A DNA stretch of 64,000 bases from sequence record OP599913.1. The stretch is one strand, 5' to 3'. The notes under the pieces are model-generated. The model was not told where the DNA came from, made no database searches, and worked only from the letters and a program-made list of their open reading frames with translations. Below, in pieces: positions 58,722-64,000 of the stretch (the stretch's first letter is position 1; every line of letters begins with the position of its first letter). The position numbers were made by a program, and so were the translations under genes.

Positions 58722-60017
58722 ATGTCTCTGGATATTAACCCTATCGGAAGGGATATTCCGATTGAACCTGAAACGCCCCGGATCTACAGTGAGACGTATC
58801 GGCATTCCATTGTGGATTCCGTTTGGCAACCCGAACAGAGCCTGCTCTCTGAAGTTGAAGGACGTCCTCGTCTCTGTCAGTACTTCCGTCAATTCCTGAA
58901 TCCAGGTGAAGAACCAAAACCCTTCTACCCTGGAAACACCGATACGTACCAGAGTTACGTGCGTATTGACCGGTTACCCCTCAAGATCGATGGGGATGAG
59001 ACCTTTAACTTTGATCCTCAGACCGGTGAATCCACCAAGATCTTTAACTTCTGGTTTACCACCGATGCCAACCCTATTCGCCATGATGTGTTTATTGTGG
59101 ACATTGGGGATGGTCGAGCAGGGCTCTTTGCGTGTACGGAACAACCGGAGATCCGTAATTTCACCGCAAATAAGGTGTACTTCGTTACCGCGGTATTGAG
59201 GGGTATCCTCGACCAGGAGACGGATGCCATTCTCCAAGGACGGGTGGTCCAACACCGGGTGTATTCCAAAGATTCTGTACTCCATGGAGGAGCTTCCCTG
59301 ATTACTAAAGGGGAAGAGGAAGTTGGACAGAAACTCTTCCAGTGGAATCAAACCATCGCGAGTCATATCCTGAAACGGTTCTACTGGAACCCTGAACGGA
59401 CCATCGTGTTCGATAAGAAGGGGACCAATGAGAAGGATAAGGTGTATGACCCTTATCTGGTGAACTTCCTGACTGCGTTCATTACCCCGGATATGCGGCA
59501 GAACTACCCGCCCATTAACCAGTTCTCGGTTCAGTACGGGGGATTGGAGTACAGTCGGTGGGGAACGAACAACATTTGGGAAGTGTTGTTGAGGGGGGAT
59601 TTGAATCTCTTGAAGGTGTGCGACAACAAAGCCGCCTTGGTGGAAGTAACCCGGTTAATGAACAGCCGGTTGTATGGTAACCTGTCGTCGAGTAAGATCC
59701 GGTGGTTCGTGACCACCAACCCTAAGGACTTCATTGCGTATCGGGTTCATTTCAATATGGACGGATATCCCATTGTTATTCCCGGGAAGCAAGAGGACAT
59801 CACGTACCTCTTTAGTCAAGGTTTCTACCAAGGGAAACCCGAAGGCGCCTTTGAGAGCCTCCTGTACCGAACCCTTACCACGAAAGTCACGGATCATAAA
59901 GAACTCTTAGCCTATTGCGAAGGGTACTTTGATAAGGAACCGGTGGAACAACTGTACGAAGGGGCTATTCTGCTGATGTTGCTGAAGTACGCACGTAAAT
60001 TTGGAGGTCCACTGTGA
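58722..60017 (+). CDS. Neck protein (gp99-like position)
   Basis: 431 aa; AAGGA RBS; synteny. Confidence 0.5.
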   Translation: MSLDINPIGRDIPIEPETPRIYSETYRHSIVDSVWQPEQSLLSEVEGRPRLCQYFRQFLNPGEEPKPFYPGNTDTYQSYVRIDRLPLKIDGDETFNFDPQTGESTKIFNFWFTTDANPIRHDVFIVDIGDGRAGLFACTEQPEIRNFTANKVYFVTAVLRGILDQETDAILQGRVVQHRVYSKDSVLHGGASLITKGEEEVGQKLFQWNQTIASHILKRFYWNPERTIVFDKKGTNEKDKVYDPYLVNFLTAFITPDMRQNYPPINQFSVQYGGLEYSRWGTNNIWEVLLRGDLNLLKVCDNKAALVEVTRLMNSRLYGNLSSSKIRWFVTTNPKDFIAYRVHFNMDGYPIVIPGKQEDITYLFSQGFYQGKPEGAFESLLYRTLTTKVTDHKELLAYCEGYFDKEPVEQLYEGAILLMLLKYARKFGGPL

Positions 60018-60748
60018 GCATGCCCTTAAGTCGGTATAACACCATACGCACCCGACTAATCGAACTCTACAACATTCTGAATAACCGGTCCTTCGATGTG
60101 TGGGTAACGCCCGCAATGCTCATGAGTTTGGAAGAACTCCGGGATCGGGAAGAATACTCCCAGGAGGGGTTCGTTGGAGATCCGAATTACTACAACGAAT
60201 ACCAAGTTCGACGGATGAATGTTCCCAGGATCATTGATATCTTGCCTAACTTGTCCAGCGAGAAGGATTTGGGATTCAGGGAACCTCAGATTGTGATTCC
60301 ATTGATCTACGAATCCATCCAGGAATACATTTGCCTCTGGTGCGAACTTTTTAAGAAAGCTCCGGAGTTTCCAACACCCTCCATTGATGAACTCCGTAAA
60401 CTGGAACTCCTGGCGTATACCCTCTTTAACTTCTACAAACGGATTAAACCGTACTTGGATAAGAAGAAGCTACGGGAACTGGGGGGTGATGTTCAGGAGA
60501 TTGATAAACGGAACCTAATGCAGTTGTCAGCGCTGTTTAGCATCAACGCCATGGGAACACCTAAAGCAGAGATCAGTTTCGTCAGTCATTTGGATGAACT
60601 CTTCGGGGATGAGACGTTGAACCCGGGTCTCTCACTCAGCGAACAGCCGTATATCACGAACAAAGCTGTAGCGGACAGTTTAGCCGCACAGGATACACCT
60701 GAAGATCTCGGTCCTTGGCTGTTCAATAAACCAACAGGAATACTGTGA
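60014..60748 (+). CDS. Conserved hypothetical protein (gp100-like position)
   Basis: GTGA coupling, GGAGG RBS. Confidence 0.5.
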   Translation: MSMPLSRYNTIRTRLIELYNILNNRSFDVWVTPAMLMSLEELRDREEYSQEGFVGDPNYYNEYQVRRMNVPRIIDILPNLSSEKDLGFREPQIVIPLIYESIQEYICLWCELFKKAPEFPTPSIDELRKLELLAYTLFNFYKRIKPYLDKKKLRELGGDVQEIDKRNLMQLSALFSINAMGTPKAEISFVSHLDELFGDETLNPGLSLSEQPYITNKAVADSLAAQDTPEDLGPWLFNKPTGIL

Positions 60749-62088
60749 GTATGGAATTACCACGTCCATTAGCTAACTTAATCGCCTTAGCAAACTCGGT
60801 GAATACACAACGGTCGGATAAGAAGATCCGACTGTTTGCAACGATCATTACCCCGGTGGAACAGATTGAACTGATTATCCCCACGGGGATGGCTCGGTTG
60901 TCGATGTATTCAGCGAACTGTTCCGATGACTGGCGTATTCAGGGCAACTTGCAACCCGGGGTTTACCTGAACCGAATCCTGCCCTATAAGGACAATCTCT
61001 TTATTGAAGTGGTCGAACGTCAAGGCCTTCATCAAACCATGAGTCGGTTCCGGTGTATCCCCTTGAGTGACTCGAACCCTGAGATGGCCGGTAACAGTGT
61101 CCATTTGGCTCACCTGGAAGGTAAGGACAGTATTAACCTGATAACGGTTAAGTTCCAGATGATTGAACTGGGGTACGCTTTGCTGAAGAATGAGATGGTG
61201 TCTGACAAGCACTTAATGACCACCTTGGATGATGCGCTCCACTACCAACTCACCAAATACGGTAAGCAACTTCAGTTGACGGGTAAGGATGCCTTTAGAG
61301 GGGTGGACATTGAGCGGCCTATTGATAACCCTCGGGTCTTTAAGTTGATCGATATACCGTCTGCGGTGCCTTTACCCCAGTTAGGGATGTGGATGCAGAC
61401 CCATGAGGAGTTTGGGATCTATACCAAAGGCTTTGGGATGTATTACCAGAAAGGCCTTTGGATGATTTATCCCCTCTTCAAGATCGGTCGGTATGAGAAC
61501 GGTAAACGGGTACTGAGTATTTATCGACTACCACCTGATGTAGTCCCTACCCTCCACGCCACGTACTTCACCCAAGACCGGGTTACAACGATCCTGGCAA
61601 CCGGTACAGGTCGCCATGTAGATGGGGCCGACATTGACCGTCAGAATGAGGGTACGGGTAAACGTCTGATCAGTTCGGATGCGGTCATGGGTGAAGTGGG
61701 CAACTACTACGCCAAGGGACAGTCAGCGTCTACCCGTCCCGATTCCCTCTCCGAATACCAAACCGCTAAGCGGAGCAGTGGGGAGGAGATTATACCCTTT
61801 GAACCGACTCCTACCAATAACCTCTGTAAGCACTTATCCGTGAATGCTTACAATGATGGGTCATTGGAAACGATCCAGTGGAATAACTCGAACAGGGACT
61901 TACTAGAACCGGGTATGCCTGTACGGTTCTTCTTTATGAGTGGGGATGATCGCTTGAAGTACAAGGAGGGTACTTTGATTGGTGCTCGTACTGAACTCAT
62001 GAAGGATACGGAAAGCCCAGATATTATCTTTAGGGAACATTCTGCTTTAACCCTCTTCTTGAATGATAAGGTGTTTGATGCTCCTTAG
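60745..62088 (+). CDS. Baseplate hub-like protein (gp101-like position)
   Basis: 447 aa; C-terminal LLEPGMPV...Y.EG pattern typical of gp27-like hubs. Confidence 0.5.
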   Translation: MSMELPRPLANLIALANSVNTQRSDKKIRLFATIITPVEQIELIIPTGMARLSMYSANCSDDWRIQGNLQPGVYLNRILPYKDNLFIEVVERQGLHQTMSRFRCIPLSDSNPEMAGNSVHLAHLEGKDSINLITVKFQMIELGYALLKNEMVSDKHLMTTLDDALHYQLTKYGKQLQLTGKDAFRGVDIERPIDNPRVFKLIDIPSAVPLPQLGMWMQTHEEFGIYTKGFGMYYQKGLWMIYPLFKIGRYENGKRVLSIYRLPPDVVPTLHATYFTQDRVTTILATGTGRHVDGADIDRQNEGTGKRLISSDAVMGEVGNYYAKGQSASTRPDSLSEYQTAKRSSGEEIIPFEPTPTNNLCKHLSVNAYNDGSLETIQWNNSNRDLLEPGMPVRFFFMSGDDRLKYKEGTLIGARTELMKDTESPDIIFREHSALTLFLNDKVFDAP

Positions 62089-62444
62089 GTAATTTATCAC
62101 TTAATGTATTTATTGTATTGTAAACTGGCTGACAAGCGGGTGGGGAAAGGGGTTTATTTCCTAATAAAGAGTGGAGTAGTTACGGAGTAACTACGACTTC
62201 CTTGTTCTATCTTTTGATCTTTCTCTATTCTCTTTAGATCTTTCTTTTGATCTATACGGAATACAGAGAGAGAAGAGAAAGGGAAGAGAGGGAATACCCC
62301 CTTATACCCCCGGAAGGGGGATGAGGAAAAAGGAGAGAGAACCGTAGGTTAATCAGTATTCCAACACGTTCTGATTAATACATTCAGCAAGCAGAGCTGA
62401 GAAGATTGCTCTGCCGTTACCGATTCACTACCGGAGTAAATACC

Positions 62445-62690
62445 ATGACTGGGGATTTCGACCATTTCAGTAACCGTCAACTGGCAGACTTACTGGCAGG
62501 TTACCATTTGTACGGCACTACGCGGACGAGCGAGATACCCGGGCCTGTAATGCTCAAACTCATCCGAAAACGCCTCCGGGCAACTGAACCTCTACCTGAT
62601 ATCATTCCCTGTCTCGACGACGGCAAAGACGAACGTGTGCTCGGTCTGCTTGGTGAACGCATCACGGTTAAAGGAAAAGAAAAACAATGA
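62445..62690 (+). CDS. Hypothetical protein
   Basis: GGAG RBS, ATG 62445. Confidence 0.45.
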   Translation: MTGDFDHFSNRQLADLLAGYHLYGTTRTSEIPGPVMLKLIRKRLRATEPLPDIIPCLDDGKDERVLGLLGERITVKGKEKQ

Positions 62691-63127
62691 CGCATCGTGG
62701 GGTTAATGAAATTAAGAATACATTTGATCTCTTACACGTGAGTGTAGAGGATCAAACGAATGCGGGGATATTGATACGGTTATTGGAAAGGGAGGCGAAG
62801 ATTACCTTTGCTAAGGCGGATGCGTTGTTTGTGATGCTGGTAAGGCGTCTAGCAGCGCTTAGGCGAGGCGATCAGGTAGAAAGGAGTACGGTAGAGGCGG
62901 GTAAGGACAATCGGCTCTATTGGAAGCTTACAGAAGCGTACAGAGTACTTCAAGATAAACCCCCTACCGATCCTCCGTTGTGTAAAGTCCCTGACGGATT
63001 GGAAGATGTCTTCTTAGCCTTTACGAAGACAGAACCGTTGTATCAAGAAGGCCCCGGGTATTACGGGGCGGTGTATGCAGGTGACCGCTTGCTGACTGCA
63101 CCTCCTCCTGTAGACTTTGAGTCATGA
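62687..63127 (+). CDS. Hypothetical protein
   Basis: ATGA coupling. Confidence 0.5.
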   Translation: MTHRGVNEIKNTFDLLHVSVEDQTNAGILIRLLEREAKITFAKADALFVMLVRRLAALRRGDQVERSTVEAGKDNRLYWKLTEAYRVLQDKPPTDPPLCKVPDGLEDVFLAFTKTEPLYQEGPGYYGAVYAGDRLLTAPPPVDFES

Positions 63128-63173
63128 AAACAGTAAATGTTTACTGGTATACCCACTTACTACCCCATTACTG

Positions 63174-63210
63174 ACCTCCCTACCTAAGCTGAGCTTAGGT
63201 AGGGGGTGTT
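63174..63210 (+). terminator. Intrinsic terminator
   Basis: CCCTACCTAAGC/GCTTAGGTAGGG stem. Confidence 0.7.
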
Positions 63211-63238
63211 ATACCGCATTTAAGCTAAAGGGGAACTC

Positions 63239-63251
63239 AAACCTATATTAC
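63239..63251 (+). promoter_or_regulatory. Putative phage early promoter
   Basis: AAACCTATATTAC after terminator. Confidence 0.6.
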
Positions 63252-63293
63252 CGTCGTGATTATACCCAATGGATCATTTAGGAGATTCGGTTT

Positions 63294-64000
63294 ATGCATT
63301 ACCAAGTGGTGTTTGAACAAGACCTATTGGGTAAGACCCATACACACGACACCGGTCTGTTCATTAACGGTGAATCCAAACGGTTTTTTACCACGTTGTT
63401 GGATCATAACGAGTCGGTGTTGTACGACGTGTATGCCGGACACCTGGTGATTATCCGTGAAACCAGCGAGGGGGAAGTGGAGGAATACCTAAGCGATCGG
63501 TCGTATGATTACCAGACGTTACCGTTGTTGGTGGTGATTGCGTGCTATAAGCACAATAAGCGGGTGGTGAAGATGGGACGGAGTACCCATACCCTGATGT
63601 TCCACGACAACAAGGACGGGCGGTTTGAAGCCGTATTAGAAGCTGGTAAAGTCACCCTCCACGATAAAGAGGGGTTAGTCTTTACCCAAGACGGGGATTT
63701 TTACCTGTCTCTACCGGAAGAACACGTGGCGAATGTCATGCTGGAACGGTTGAATCACAGCTTGAAGTTCTTTGACGAGAAATACAAGGTTCGGTTTAAA
63801 ATAGGACGGAACTATGTGTATTTCCCGTTAACGGAAGTCTTTGCAGACCCTGAGGTCCGGAATATCCGACTGCGGTTGGATAACCTAACGATTACTCAAC
63901 AGAGCTGGGATCGTCTCAGGGAGCAACTCATGAACCTGTTGGAAGACTACACCCAACCGACTCGAACTGTTCGCATGGATCTACCTATCAAGGGGGCGTA
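63294..64000 (+). CDS. Hypothetical protein running to window edge (not in ORF track)
   Basis: AGGAG RBS, ATG 63294, open for 235 codons, window ends in TA. Confidence 0.65.
   Translation, partial: MHYQVVFEQDLLGKTHTHDTGLFINGESKRFFTTLLDHNESVLYDVYAGHLVIIRETSEGEVEEYLSDRSYDYQTLPLLVVIACYKHNKRVVKMGRSTHTLMFHDNKDGRFEAVLEAGKVTLHDKEGLVFTQDGDFYLSLPEEHVANVMLERLNHSLKFFDEKYKVRFKIGRNYVYFPLTEVFADPEVRNIRLRLDNLTITQQSWDRLREQLMNLLEDYTQPTRTVRMDLPIKGA

Noticed and set aside
1-64000. tRNA, rRNA or CRISPR arrays; TATG late promoters
   Set aside because: No cloverleaf, rRNA or repeat-spacer pattern found by eye; a 4-mer is too short to call without start-site data

Overview
64 kb of a phiKZ-like, nucleus-forming jumbo myophage (Chimalliviridae; gene order and the two inteins recall Pseudomonas phage EL, but I cannot identify the phage from sequence alone). 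Left third: replication/transcription/phage-nucleus core (split family-B DNA polymerase, chimallin, four non-virion RNAP subunits, SbcD-like nuclease, ChmC- and PicA-like genes, SF2 helicase). Right two thirds: virion RNAP beta-prime subunit, second polymerase subunit, head/inner-body proteins with G-x-E protease sites, baseplate/neck genes. Five selfish elements sit in or beside RNAP/helicase genes: a group I intron splitting the catalytic NA|DFDGD motif, an orphan TnpB with omega-RNA, two paralogous class 3 inteins, and a free-standing HNH gene. Two signals not in the ORF track stand out: (1) the HNH cassette is flanked by a synonymously recoded duplicate of the last 12 codons of the virion RNAP gene (gene-end replacement rather than splicing); (2) a U7 slippery site that would join the 574-aa ORF at 33055 to a start-less downstream frame by -1 frameshifting, as in tail-assembly chaperones. 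phiKZ gp numbers are assigned mainly by synteny and recalled motifs, not by database search.
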